Source: Octopus sinensis
Taxonomy: Eukaryota
Assembly (NCBI RefSeq): GCF_006345805.1
Contig: NC_043008.1
Location: 2,480,001-2,544,000, forward strand
Direction of reading: 5' to 3'
Length of the DNA: 64,000 nt
The translations under genes and the position numbers were made by a program. This document shows, in pieces, positions 40,771 to 55,739 of this stretch. The first letter of the stretch is position 1; each line of letters starts with the position of its first letter. The notes beneath the pieces were generated by a model. It worked only from the letters and a program-made list of their open reading frames with translations. It was not told the origin of the DNA and made no database searches.

Positions 40771-42380
40771 ACGTATGTACATATATACATCCATGTACAT
40801 ATGCACACCTATATACACACATCATATTATATATGTATATATATATATATATATACGAAATATATGCAGGAATATCTGTGTGTATGTGTACACACAAAAC
40901 AATTAGGATGAATGTTTGTATGTGTGTGTGTGTGTGAGCGTGTATGCGTACGTGCGTGCGTGCGAGCGTGCGTACGTGTGTTTTGTGGATTACTGTGAGT
41001 AGATCAATACTACGCAATGTCCATATATTCTTATTTCGTCTGAAACGGCGGCTCGCCAAATTCCTCGTGTACAGTCAATTTAATCAAATATGAGCGCATT
41101 ACTGGTATTTGAATTACTGCTAGTATTGATTCTGGAAGATAAAAAGTATCCTTGATTCCAATGGGATATAAATACAGAGAAGTGAAGTAACATTAAATCT
41201 CCGCTTGCAGTGTGTTACCGTTTCAGAATTTTTCGTCAGACATGGATATAAAACACATCACGCATTTTGGCAACATGATGCAATGTTTTTAAGTCTATAA
41301 CTGGATTAGATTTTGCTGAGCTCTAGGAGAGCTTGTGCATACATTCACACACACACATATTCGATTGCATGTATGATGTGTATGTGTATACGTGTGTCTG
41401 TACACGCGCGCGCTTGATGTGTGTGTATGTGTGTGTGAGAGAGAGCTTGTGTGTGTGTGTCCATGATTATACTCAATGAACGGCTTTTCTGCAGATATGT
41501 TTCCTTGATTGTTCTACTTTTCGCTTTTATCGAGTCTGTGCTCCATACTTCCATCTGTATTCTTTACAGCTTGTTTCTAACAGCAAAATCTATTTATGAA
41601 GTAGCCCTTACGTAGACAATATTAGTGGACGTCAAAAACATGATCTTCTCTAGCAGATGAAACCCGTAATATAAAGCAAACGCCTGAATGATGACGAATA
41701 AAAGTGAACTAAGTATCTGCTATTCAATCGATAACAACTGGGTTTTTTTATTGCCCACAAGGGGCCAACATGGAGGGCAACACAGCCTGATTTTCGCTGA
41801 AACTTTATAAACAGCAAGAGAAATATTCAAGGTGAGAATCGATGGGTTACAATAAGTGAACGACCTTGTATGTTGTTATATAATCTGTGAAATATTGTCC
41901 AGTTAACATAGTCCACATGCAGAATCATATAATTTCAGGTGTGACTGAATATTAAAAGACAGACACGAACAAGAATGCAGACTTTTGCACAGTTTCCCTT
42001 ACAACTGCATCCTCAAACTTAGAGTGGTGTCCACGTAGTGTTAATAGAAACCTCTTTTACAAGTGCAATTCTATATGTCACCTAGAAAATCCTATACAAC
42101 ACCCACAATGAACAGTAAGCAAGAGTAGAAGGTGGAAATATACATTGGCATCAGTCACTTCATATCGTAAACCCCAAATTGTATAGGAGAGTAAATTACA
42201 ACATCTCACTCCAGGAGTCCCAACTTGCCTATGTCTGTGATTGAGTATTTTTGTACCTATACAGTTTACCATATTATCTATATAATTTATACCTTACACC
42301 TGTAAACATCCAGTTCAATTACTATGTTCCCATTCCGTATATTTCAATGATTATGTGTGTATCAAGATTCCTAGGTGACT

Positions 42381-42830
42381 GCACACACACGCGCGCGCAC
42401 ACACACGCGCGCGCACACACGCACATACGAGCATATAGATAGATACAAACACACACACACACACGCACACACGCACACACACATGCACATACGAGCATAT
42501 AGATATATAGAAACACATACACACACACACGCACATACAAACATATAGATAGATACAACACATACACACAGACACACACAGACACACACACACACGCACA
42601 TACACCATATAGATAGGTACAACTCATACACACAGACACACACACGCACGCATATACAATCATATAGAATAGATATATACAACACATACACACAGACACA
42701 CACAAACACACACATGCATACACACACACACATACAAGCATATAGATATGTACTAACACATACACACGCACACAAACACCCACACACACGCACACACACA
42801 CATATATATATATACACACTCGCACAAAAA
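42381..42830. repeat. Compound minisatellite of ~45-65 bp units (GCACATACxAxCATATAGATAGATACAA plus a CA run), about 6 units
   Basis: The unit core CATATAGAT recurs about six times, separated by variable CA tracts. Confidence 0.8.
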
Positions 42831-43417
42831 CAATACGCATCATATGTGAGCTTGTTTATAAGGAGTGTGTATGCTTGCACGGCTATTTATGTTCGGGTGA
42901 AATTAACATCTCCGAACTCCTTGAATAAATTTTTGCGAGCTAATATGTTCACGTATGACAGAAAAAAGGTGAACCCGTGACATAAGCCTAAGTGGCTGAT
43001 AAGTGCACGCATGCAGCGTTTTTACCTCGGCCATGTGATACAGCTGGGCTGATACAAATTTCGTTTCGAAGCCACATCATTTCGCGAGAAACTACTGCGC
43101 ACCTATTCCACCTTCATAATTCGCTATAAATAATTCATTTGAAATGAAGTTACTTTAATAACCTATATTCCTTTCCAATACGAACCAATAGGGAACAATA
43201 TAACATTTTGCCCAGCACAGCTTGAATCAAATAAAAGTACATTTCAATAAAAAGAAACACCTTCTTCTCAGCTACTTATGTTCGAAAGATTCTGGTGCGT
43301 GTGCTCCACTCGCATTTACGAATGCTTTCATCATTTAATTCAGAGCCAAGCGTCATTACGATTTAGATGACTTAAGTTCTTATTTACATTTTATTGTTGC
43401 ATTGTATTGTTCATCAA

Positions 43418-44085
<668 letters not shown>

Positions 44086-44667
44086 TTTTTTTGAAAATAA
44101 TGACGTGGTTCTGGTTCTAGCACCTGCATACCATAATTTGTTCACTTGTTTCTACATGCTTATATTCATTCACACCCTTGTTTATGCAGTTGCCATTTTT
44201 TTCCACTCGCTAATCTGTACCACGGATACATGTGTGTATATTCATCCAGTATATTTAAATAAATAGACATACTGGAATCTTACCGGCTGATGTCTGTCGA
44301 TTTTATATCCTCTCCGTTTTCATATTTTCCGTTATTACACAAGGTAAACCACTTGTTGCTCCCGCCCATATCTAATGCACAATTACGAGATTGACATGCA
44401 ATAACTAGCAGTTGGATATGAATAATTGGGTACTCTACTACCAGCAGTATATTGGATAGGTACTATCCTTTAGTTGGTTTCCCGATCTCTAACCCATACA
44501 GAAATATATATGTCTGTATATATATACATGATAGATAGTTATAGATATATACATAGGTGTATATAGATATAGATATATACACATACGTATATATATGCAT
44601 ATATATACATGTATACATATATACATATATACATATGTATATCTATATATACATATGTATATATATG

Positions 44668-44721
<54 letters not shown>

Positions 44722-46149
44722 ATATATATACATACATACATACATATCTGTATCCGTTATTGTATATATTATACGTTATATATCGCTCTTTCGACGCGTA
44801 GGATTGTGTTTTCATAAATATGCAAACTTTGCTTAAATTCACGCATGCGTATGTAGTAAGAGAAGTGTAGTGATAGCACAGTCGTATGCCATCTGTTTCC
44901 TTGCAAATAGTCTAACGACACAAGATGTTATAGAGACTCGTCTGCCTCTCTGGTGTATAGCCAACATCCCATTATTACAATCACTAATCCTCTAAACCAA
45001 ATCACATTCTCATCAATCTACTTGATAAATCAAGCAAGTAAACATCCTCATAATTAACAGCATCTGAGACTGTTGCAGACTCTGTGTCTCTCTTATAGTT
45101 GTACATATACTTATATACATACGTATAAAGATTCATTTTTATGCGCTCGCGCACACACACACACATATATATAAATATATGCGTGTACCATGCATGTATT
45201 TATATATGTGTATTTATATTTGCTTGACTATTACGATTTTGTATCTGTCTGCTAATGATTGCATGATGATGTGTGCGTAGATTATTCGTCGGCTTCTCAT
45301 GCACCGACTGAATGTTGTTAAATTTTCGCTATCAATGGTTTCACCGGATACAAAATGACTTCCATAATTGCGGTGTTTTACTCGTTCAGATTTTCAGATT
45401 AAGAAATCCTTCTCAATCTAAAGTAAATCTATAAATTTCATCTCAGTAGAATATTGTCTTCTTCGCCAATATTGGAATATTAAATGAGCAACATTACGCC
45501 ACTCCCCAACATTTTTTTACGTGCACTGGCTTTCATTAACCTTCTCACCGATTTTAAAAGCCGTATTTTTACTTTATCTACACTACTAGCTACTCGAATG
45601 AAACAGCGTAAAATTCACAATCTCTGTTTTGTTCTTTTAATGAATTCTTATGTTAAAGTCGATCTGATATTTAAGCGTAGTTATAGGCGTGTGGTTAGTG
45701 ATTTCATGTGGCGCAACCATGGTTCTGTGTTAAGTTCAGGTGTACGAAAAATTGGCTAGTCTACAAAAGCTATATAGATAGAGAAATTTAGAAAGAGAAA
45801 TAATAAATAATTCTAAGAGAATTTACAGAAATAATTTCCGATGCAACAACTGAACTGCTATGTTTACTTATAATTTTCTTAAATCGTAATTTATTTTCAT
45901 ATGACAGTCAGTATTAGAGGCTCCCGAGTACGATCTACCGGAGATAAATAAAAGAAAGCTTTTTCTCTTGATGATATCTCACTTCAAATCTAAAATCAAA
46001 CAGATCTTTTGCATAATCATATAACATATTTGCTTTTCCTCATACAACGAATTAATTATATGGGATTATACTGAAAACACATTCCAAAACATTAGTTTGA
46101 AATAACATTTCAATGACAACAAAAGAGGTAATTGTTAGGAGCCATCATT

Positions 46150-46800
46150 CGAGGGGGCACTCAAAAGAAACCTTGCAATATTTTATTCATTTCGTTTTAT
46201 ATGTTTATCACCTTCAAAGTATTTTCCATTTTAAGAAATGCATCGGTCCAGACGCGTTTTCCACTGTTCGAAGCAGTCCTGGAAATCTTGCGAAATGATG
46301 CCTTTTAAAACCTCCGTCGTTTTATCTTCACCTCTGCCACATCAACAAAACGTTTCCTTTTAAAGACTTTTGTTCATTTCATGGAACAAAAATTCTCACA
46401 GGGAGCAAACTCGTGTGAAAATAGAGGGGAAGTAAGCAAAGTAAAAAAGTATTTCAAACTCAAGGTCATGGGCGCAGATGCATTGAAGTGATGAAACAAA
46501 CCCTCACAACATTGTCACCGGTTGGGTCTCTTTCGTCTCGCAAAGGCTTCAGGACTGCCAAATAAAATGTCTGGTTAACAGTTTGACCAAGAAGAGCAAA
46601 TTCTATTTGAACAATTCCCTCCTCATTGATAAAACAAATCAGCATCGTCTTCACACTGGACTTCACTTGACGCGCATTTTTTTTTCTTTGGTGGTGACAG
46701 TCAGTGCTTCTATTGTCTTGATTGCTGCTTGTTTTTCGACACGTAGCCGCGACATCAGCTTTCCATACCTCTCGTAGCCTGTGAATAAAGGTGCCGAAAA
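46150..46800 (-). mobile_element. Mariner transposon remnant: C-terminal DD34D catalytic region plus right terminal repeat, pseudogenised
   Basis: ARQVKSSVKTMLICFINEEGIVQIEF...GQTVNQTFYLAVLK, then a decayed HHDNAP (HHFNASAP), FAPC and DFQDCFEQWKTRLDRCI..YFEGD across frameshifts. A TIR-like CGAGGGGGCACTCAAAAG lies at ~46150. Confidence 0.9.
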
Positions 46801-49714
46801 ATGTCAAACACTTACTGTATGTGTGTGTAGTGTTTGTGTGTGATTGTGAGGATGCATGTGCTTGTGTGTGTGTTTGTGTATTTTTGTGTGTGTGTGTGGC
46901 TTACACAGTCAGTGTTTACTTCAGAAGTGACAGTTAGAGGACAGCCAGACCTTGGGTCATCTGCAGCACATTACCTGCAGCACAATAACTGAACTACTAT
47001 CGTTACTGATAAAAGTTTTCTTCAAGCGAAATTTATTTCCGCATGAAAGACAGCAGAATTTCTCGAATGCGATCTACAAGAGTATCCTGTGATCTAACCC
47101 TCGTGTGGATAATCACAATGAACGACAATAGTACGGTTCCAGCGCCCTTGTAACTTTTTGTAATCCGGCCTGGAAGTGCCTATTAACCTTCTCCGATTCG
47201 ATGTTGATCATTGTCATCATGGAGAAAGAGATAGGAAGTTCGCAGGTGATACATCTCTAAAAGAGGGTGGGTGAGGATCCGATACGATGTAGTATATATT
47301 CGTGTTTTTCTCTGTATCATGAATACTTCTAGAACTAACATCTTTCAACATACATCTTCTCTGCTTTACTTTATGCTGCATAAAATGTCGCCTAATAACT
47401 TGACTCCCATCATTTTCAGTTTAATCATACAAATACAACATCGGATATTATATCATTAATATTTTATTTCAGATTTTAGCCTCTTGATATTTAAACTTGC
47501 CATATTTTAATGCCATATAACGATATGCAAATAAAACGTTCATTCCTGCCGCAAATATTACTGCATAGTTAGGAATAACGATGCGAAATATATCAGTTCT
47601 AATTGGTGTTATATCTAATTCCAATATACGCATGGAATAATTTTCTCCTTTTTATATATAGAGGCAGGTACAAGAAAACATGCATATCTAAATACAAAAA
47701 TATATTTGTATGTTAGAAGCCATGCGATCGAGTATCGCTTTCTTTAAGATTACACAATACTAAATATCGATTTTTATGTCATACTCCTCTTAGTTCTGCA
47801 AATTTGCTCCTTAAATGAATGGTGTGATTAGTATATGTACGTGACGGTAATGGAGAATGCAATCTCTAGGATAGAATATATTTTTGAAGTCAAATTCTGT
47901 TGTCCCACCAACAAACACACGTCACACAGGATGTACGTACGATGCAATTTCGGAGATGCCTAATTCCTATAAGGATTACAATTAAACGCCATACACCTCT
48001 ATTTTATAATTTCTGCAATTTTCATTGAAGGATACAATTACATTTCATCAATTCTTTCGGCTATTTTTATTATCTGTTTTTTTTTTCTTTTTACTTTTCT
48101 TCTGTTTTTGTTTCTTCAATCACTGCTTCTTCTTGTGAATTTCAAGAAATATCTCCAAGTTCTTCAATCATAAAGTCTATTTTTTTCCTTTTCAAACTTT
48201 TATTATCAATAGAATTTATTTTTCGTTCTAACACCAGCGACGCCAAGGATATTTTCAAGATTCCTCTTTTCTATTTTTCTATGATTTTTAGTTGTTTTAT
48301 GCCACCTGCAATCCTGGCATGGCTGTGATTTTCAACTTGGTGAGTCGTCTTTGAATTTCGAGCAATTCATTATCTCGTTGGTACATTTCCCTTGCATGAC
48401 CACCTAACACAGTATCAGGGTTCACTGAATAACGTTCGTGGTCCTCATCCTTGACAGCCCCATCACCATTTCCCTCTTCCTTCTGCCTACTCTTCTCTCT
48501 GCTTCAGATATGTGTGTGATTATATAAGTGTATATAGAATTATACATACATACATGCAAACACGTATATATATATGTTTGTGTGTATCTGTATGCGTGTG
48601 TGATTTCGGGTGCATATGTGTAGGTGCGTTGCAAATATATCTAGACTAGGACACTATTCTCTATAGAAATGCGGCATCATTGCCACAGTTTGTGGTTTGA
48701 CCAGCCGATCATATTTGATGCATTTCTAACGCGTTCATGGCAATCACATTCTAGCAGTTCTGATAAAAAAAAACTTATATTTTTATTTATTGTTTGTGCT
48801 TATCTCTTAAGATGTATTCTTTCTCTTAAGCAATTACATCACCTCGTGCAACGGATATGTAGAGCTATGGCAATTCTTTATGTGACAATTTTATACACTG
48901 GCTCTAAAGAAACTGAGTTATAAAGCATTAGACATTACGTGCGTTATTTAAGTCTTTTGCAGGAAATGTACGGAAGCTAATGAATAAGTTAAGTAACGTC
49001 TTTCTTTCCTTCTTCGTTATAGCGTTGGACCACTACAAGCTGTTGCTGTTTTTCGGTGCATTCGGAATCAATATATTTATGTAAACTGGTTTCTACATCC
49101 TTTCAACCAGAGAGATATTTAAAGCTGCTAATATATCGAATTCTAACGAACTACCATATATCTTGACATAGCAGAGCAGAATATTTTAAATATGTATATA
49201 TATACATATACGAGTGTGTTTTTGTGTGTGCATGAATGTAATATATGGTAGCTTCTCTCAACCATTCCGATGCGTACGTTTCCAGATGCACAATATATTA
49301 CCGAGTGTTTGAATCAACATTGACATATCCAACCAACATTATATTTACAACACTATAATCAAGACACATCATAACGATTTCGGAGCTCAATGAGCGTAAG
49401 TTTGCTTTGAATTTCAGGCTTGTTCTCATTTTCGCTACCTTATCTACACTTGGTGGTAGAAAACCAGGCATTGCAACATAATCTTCTCCATAATTTGCAT
49501 TCCTCTCTCATTTCCCAAAAGGGCATTATTCGTATATTTTGAATTAGAGATATTCACTTTCAATCGTGCATTTTGAGGACTTGCAAATTCTTTGCAACAT
49601 TCTCACGTATTCACGTATTCTGTCCATTTTAAACATAATTTCGATATGAAATAAAAATCAATAACAGTTGCGTTACATTTATTTAAAATAACTGCTTTAT
49701 TCACAAACTTTATA

Positions 49715-49745
49715 TGTTTTATTATTATTATATTATTATTATTAA

Positions 49746-49784
<39 letters not shown>

Positions 49785-49860
49785 AATTATTATTATTATT
49801 ATTATTATCAGTACTAATAATATTATTATTGTTGTTGTTGTTGTTGTTGATGTTGTTAAT
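49715..49860. repeat. (TAT)n/(TGT)n trinucleotide tract
   Basis: Direct inspection. It is the source of the poly-N ORF 49603-. Confidence 0.95.
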
Positions 49861-51780
49861 GACAGAAGGTGTTAGAAAAACTAGATCGTGGTAGCTGTCA
49901 TGAGAGAAACTCACTCATTGGGATTTGGTGCAAATTGCACTCTTATTTATTTGGCTATCGGGGAGATATAACACCATTACTTCCAGCACCGAGACCACTA
50001 AATAACGTGATTCCGACCTTCCGTGACGGATACTTGACTGTTAGAGATAGCAGCGACTTATCCACCTAACCCCCCGACAGTAATATATAGAATAACAGCG
50101 CCAAAAGAGGCGCTGGTGTCGCGATTAGCCAATGAGCTTCTTAAAATATTTATTGGCAACAGAAGTTATATTAATACCGAAAAGTAATATTTATTCCCAC
50201 CAAAACGTGGGTGTTCTAGTACGTGCGCCTACAAATTGCTGTCTGCGTGAAACCATTCGTTTCTCGTACGTAATCGTAATTAACGAAAGTACCCGTTGAC
50301 CTAGAGAAACTACTGATAAATTATTGTAATTCACGAAGCATCCGATATTACGTAATTAGTAAATAATTAACCAAACGATTTTGCTTATAATTTTTGATGA
50401 TTGTCCATAATTTTGTGATTTCTTTGAGAATATTATCAGTTAGAGAAAATTTATACCATTCGTTATAATTAGCTCGAAAACTTTATTTTTCAGTATTTTT
50501 CCGATGAGATCAAGATCTATACAAGAATATGAGAAATCACCACTGTGTCTCATAATATTACGAAACCAAATATATTTTCATGTGAGCATCTACTCCGAAA
50601 GTATATGATTTCCACTGCTATTCCACTTTGCTCTCTATCTAATTTGCATAGAAAGACTACAAAATATTTACTGTCCTTCTACTTATGTATGTCCCTCATT
50701 TAGATTAAGGGAACATTTTTTTTCTACAAGGGGAATACTCAATGTGGATAGGATAAGGTGAGTGATGAACAGAATGACCAGAAGAGGTGTCCTATGGTTC
50801 ATATATTGGAGACCTGATAGGGTGGCAATCAAAATGGAGAGCAGAAAGAGGGCCACGAAGAGAGACATCTGCGCATGAATACGAAAAAAAATGCAGGTAT
50901 TCTATAATACAGGAGAACAAATTATATCTTGGACTACTCTAGTTGAACGGTGGTGAGGTGAAAGTCCTCCCCACCTAGTCGATGAGGAATGCACTACTAT
51001 GTGTAAAAAGGAAGTCACGAGCATGAGCTCAGTCGAAACATTTCCATGGTTGAGATTATAGTTAGGTGTGTCATATATACGAATGTAACCTTACAAAACC
51101 AGAACTCAGGTTTCTGACGTGATATCTTTTAAGCGCCCATTAGTCAGCCGTATTAAGATGGAGAATATTTTAGAAAACGCACAGGAACTATTCAAGTACT
51201 AAACAAGGCTGCCGGTTTGTACTCACCCCGTAGTGTTCGTCCGACAGAAGCCTCCCACAGCGAACAACAGCACTGGGAATTGAGTTAAAGTTCCGGCAGG
51301 TGAAGGTTGGTGGGACTGAACCAGATAATCAAGGTGTGAGTGACAGAAGTTGCATGACAAAGTGTGAGTGAAATTTTGCAGCTGATAGGAAAATTATTTC
51401 TTTCTGATAAAAACTACGTTCGTAGAAACGGTTCTGTGCCAAATTTTGACAGCAATCCATGTTCCCTAGTTAAAGGTATTGCGTTATGTCGTAAAAGTAA
51501 TGTGTGAAAAGCGTGGCCATAAGCACACCCACGTGTTGACAGGTGGACACTGACGTAAATAGAAATCGATATCTCCTGGTGACTGTTTTCGACTTCAGTC
51601 CTGTATAACAGTTCACATAAAACGTAAGGATTACTTTTTAGTAGACAATATTACGTAAAGGATGTGCTACAATATGGGTGAAGGTAAAAAAACATATGTA
51701 TACGAACAAATACACAAATGTGTACATTTGTATTTATATACATGCACACATATACACACACACATATATATATATATAAG

Positions 51781-51861
<81 letters not shown>

Positions 51862-52860
51862 TGAAATTGACAGAAATTATTACTATATTTTGTCTGTGAT
51901 TTTCATTATACATCCCCAAAAACATCATTGTGTCAATATGCTTCGTATATAAAAAAGACAAAGGACATATACAGCATTATTTCGAAGCAAATTGTTTCTT
52001 TCTTTTCTATTTTTCCCCAAGTAATATTTTACTTTGCAGGAATGAAGTTGTGTATATTTGTATGTTGCGTGTGTGTATGTGTGTGATTTGTGCGTGTGTG
52101 TGTTCCTATCTGTGTGTGTGCGTGTGTGCGTGTGTGCGTTTCGAGAAATTTCGTTCGCTGATTTAATGCGCTTCTTCCAAAATCTACTACCTGGTCAAAC
52201 CTTCTTCCTATTACTATCTTAATACTACAAGGAGAATCATGTCTATTTCTAAACAATTTCGCAATTGAATTGGCACTACGATAAATTACTGTTTTCCAGT
52301 TTTTTTTTTACCTTGAAAAGGAGCAGAAGATCAATATGAAATCTGAATTGACAGTTATCCAATGTAAAATACTCCACATCTATTTATTTTATCGTTTTCT
52401 TCACTTCAATCCTTTTCGCCTATGGTTTAAAGCCACAAGCACTTTCAAATCATACAATATTAACAAAATATGCCAGACCTACGTATTTTTAGTTTCATTT
52501 CTAAATGTCTTTTTGTTCTTTTGTGCACCAATTTTTTTTCTGTGTTCATGTAGGGAAATTATTCTTGTTTTTCTGAGTGTTTGGTCAAATAGAAATAGAA
52601 TTTTGTGAAGTTGTTATTTCTTTCTAGAAACACATTTCCTGCAATTCCTGGTTTACACTTGTAAATGGCGACAATCATTCCTTTTGTTTATCTTTATTAA
52701 TAAAAAAAAGCATGAAATGGTAAATCAAATGTAAATAATATTCAAATATTTGAAAAATATGAGTAGATAAATATTGCAGTCTAAAAATGAATTTAATAAA
52801 TAAGTAGAAAACGAATATATCTTTGATAGACACACCACTACATTTCTCAGAATATGTGAT

Positions 52861-52893
52861 GGGGGTGGGTTAGGGTTAGGGTTAGGGTAAGGG
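52861..52893 (+). repeat. Short interstitial telomere-like repeat (TTAGGG)3 with flanking G runs
   Basis: GGGGGTGGGTTAGGGTTAGGGTTAGGGTAAGGG. Confidence 0.85.
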
Positions 52894-53289
52894 AGAAGGA
52901 AAATCCAAACCTGTCTTTGAATATCATCACCCCACTCGAAGCTGGAAAATGAAAAGAAAGATTTTCATTGTTAGATGTGATCTCAACTACCTAATTAGCG
53001 AATATATAACTCTAGATAAAAATCTGGCTACAAATACAAAACCTTATTTGTATATCAATATCAGTTATCATATAATTCAGTATCTCCGTATATGAGTTCA
53101 AGGTTTACATTTCCAACAGATTCTAAAGCGTGATATAAATTCAATGGCTTATACAAAATCCTTAATAAAAAGTGCTAATACCATTTTTCGGATAGAAAAC
53201 TGCACTACTCACGTTAGTGAGTACTTATAATATTAGTATGTACAAAATTTATAACTTAAATAATTTATGTAACATACATGATGAGAAGT

Positions 53290-53557
53290 GGAGGCACATG
53301 GGCTAGTGTTTGGAGCAGCGGACTCGCGGTCGAGGGATCGCGATTTCGAATCTCAGACCAGGTGATGTGTATATTTATGAGCGAAACACCCAAGAGCCAC
53401 GCGGCGCTGGTAGAGGGTAATGGCGAACTTCTGCTGATTCTTTCGCCACAACTTTCTCTCAATCTTTCCTCTTGCAGCAAACCTATGACAGACATTCGTC
53501 CCGTCCAGGTTGGGAACCTATACGCTAAGGAGAGCGGGAAACCGGTCCTTATGAGCC
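53290..53557 (+). mobile_element. tRNA-derived SINE family C, 3'-truncated
   Basis: tRNA-like head GGAGGCACATGGGCTAGTG...GCGGACTCGCGGTCGAGGGATCGCGATTTCGAATCTC with A-box- and B-box-like motifs, followed by a GC-richer body. Confidence 0.75.
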
Positions 53558-54136
53558 GGTTTTTAAATTTTGTTCGAGAATTCTATTTTTGGATCATTTT
53601 GGAATCTATTTTGTTTTTATTTCTAGTTAATTTAGTTAATTTTTGTTTATTTTCAAATCCTTATAATGGAATGTCAAGTTAAGAAAAACGAGAATTTTTG
53701 ACACCTCCTTCTTTTTGTTTTTAATCAAGGTTCTAAGGCCGCAAAAGCTGCTCGCGACATCTGTACTGTGTATGGGGAAAGTGTCATAGCTGAAAGAACC
53801 GCTCGTGATTGCTATGCCGATTTCAAAAGTGGTAATTTCGACCTCACAAATGCACCGCATTCTGGCCGTCCAATTGAGTTCGATGAAGAGCGATTAAACC
53901 AACTTTTGCACGAAAATTCTCGTCAAACAACAAGGGAACTGGCAGAGAAAATGGAATTCTCCCACACTGCTATAGAGAAGCATCTTCACTTGATGGCAAA
54001 GGTTCAGATGCATGGAGCATGGGTTCCACATGTTTTAAGTGACAACAACAAAAATCAACGAGCCACAATCTCCGCTGGTTTGATTGCTCGTCACCGCTCA
54101 ACTTATGGACACAAGCAACGATTTCTTTCCCGAATA
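53556..54136 (+). mobile_element. Mariner (Mos1/SETMAR-like) transposon 5' fragment: HTH DNA-binding region, pseudogenised
   Basis: From ATG 53666: MECQVKKNENF*HLLLFVFNQGSKAAKAARDICTVYGESVIAERTARDCYADFKSGNFDL.NAPHSGRP...TTRELAEKM...AWVPHVLS...RFLSRI. In-frame TGA at 53699. Homology ends just before the expected VTGDEKW motif. Confidence 0.93.
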
Positions 54137-55739
54137 TTAAGGTCATTGCAATAAAAGCTTATATCTGAAATTGTGAACGTTAATCTTTCAGAAAATAAAA
54201 TAATTTTAGCTCATTTGTAGTTTGTTTTCATAACAATATATCTCTATTCTAGATGTTCACTGCAGGAAGGGATCGGTATGCTATTTAGTCCAAGTTGAAT
54301 AACCACCATCAACATGTCCTGTTTCTGTATTGTACTATAAAATGAAACATATCGTTTACTGTCGTGACTTCGAAAATGTAGACTGTAAACAATTTCTTGA
54401 AGAACAAATTAAAATGAAAAAATAAATACATGTTGAAAAACTAACTGAAATAAATATATGTTGAAAAATATGCGACGTCTTTAAGAAAGATATTTTTATG
54501 AATAACTTAAATAAATGCTATGTCGCTGTATAATAATAAGCGACAATAAAAACGTCTGTATTGAAGAATGCAATGAAATAAAACTTTTGTTAAAGAATAA
54601 ATTGAAATAATGTTTGTGTTGCTGAATAATAAAAATAAATAAACACATCCAAAATTAAACTGATTTTTTTTCCTTGAAATATGTATTTAGTAATTATTTG
54701 CACAATAGCTAATGCAACGGATAAACTACCTCACTGTATTTAGGTGCATCTCACTACTTTTTATGTTCAAATTCAATCGAAGTCAAATTTACCTTTTATT
54801 TTTCTGCATTAGAGAAAATAGATACCTGATATGTACTAAAATGTATTTCCTTAATTGGTGTCTACTATAGCAATTATCTTTCTGCTAATAAAACTCGGAC
54901 AGAACACTCTTCACCACAAGCACAAATGCATAAATTTTCTCTAGAAGAAAGAACTCCAGTGAAAAGAAAAGCAACGTGAAGGATGAAGTAACCGTTCTGT
55001 TCATGAATAAACTACAATGGAACTCAATGTTTTAAAATAAATTCTGCTCAAAAACTTGTGTAACTGCGAGGGTGACATGTGAAAGAAATACCTGTGATCT
55101 GCACCAATCGCAAAATATTGATTTTCGCAGTGGCTTGTGGCCACAAAAAAGAGATGTCAGATGAGTCAAATGAAAATATTTATGATTTCTTCTGTGGCTT
55201 TTAGAAGAAATGTTTAGTAGTTTGGTTGCTGCCAAGGTAACAGTTCAAAGGGATGGAGACAAAAATATCATCTTTTTGCTTTTAAGTCTTGTATTTTGGG
55301 GGCATAATGTTGTGGAATATTGACAGCGACGGTGACTCTATCTCATTCTTCAAAACAAAGTTCTATCGCGGGGAACTCACCTGGAACTCTTGTCTTAGTG
55401 AACTTTCAGAGTATAAGGTTAAGATTTGCATTGAAATCAGAAGTAACTCCGCATCAGTGAGTGCATAAATGTAGAGGATTTCATATTTCAACGAACGTCG
55501 GGCATTTATTTATGAACGACGGACATATATTTTTGGCTACACTGTTGTTTCTGTTGCAAGGCAGTATTTTTTGGTGATTCTACTGGGCACTATGTACGCT
55601 ATTATTATTGCTCTTGTAAATGATACTGTCTTCGTCATTGCTACTGATTTTTTGCCGTGCACATGGCTAAAACATTGTGGTCGATTTCCATCTTTTTTGC
55701 CACTGATATCTCCATTAAACGTTTTCACCTTTACTTGGA

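Noticed and set aside
42381-42830. Repeat units with variable spacers resembling a CRISPR array
   Set aside because: The spacers are simple CA runs, the context is eukaryotic and there are no cas genes; it is a minisatellite.
46990-47040. CTGATAAAAGTTTTCTTCAAGCGAAAT as a decayed hammerhead
   Set aside because: It needs too many changes in the core, stem II and stem III to be distinguished from chance.
48292-48339. 48-nt plus-strand candidate exon (LFYATCNPGMAVIFNL) with a GTGAGT donor
   Set aside because: Unrecognisable peptide with no supporting neighbouring exons; it lies antisense to a probable repeat remnant.
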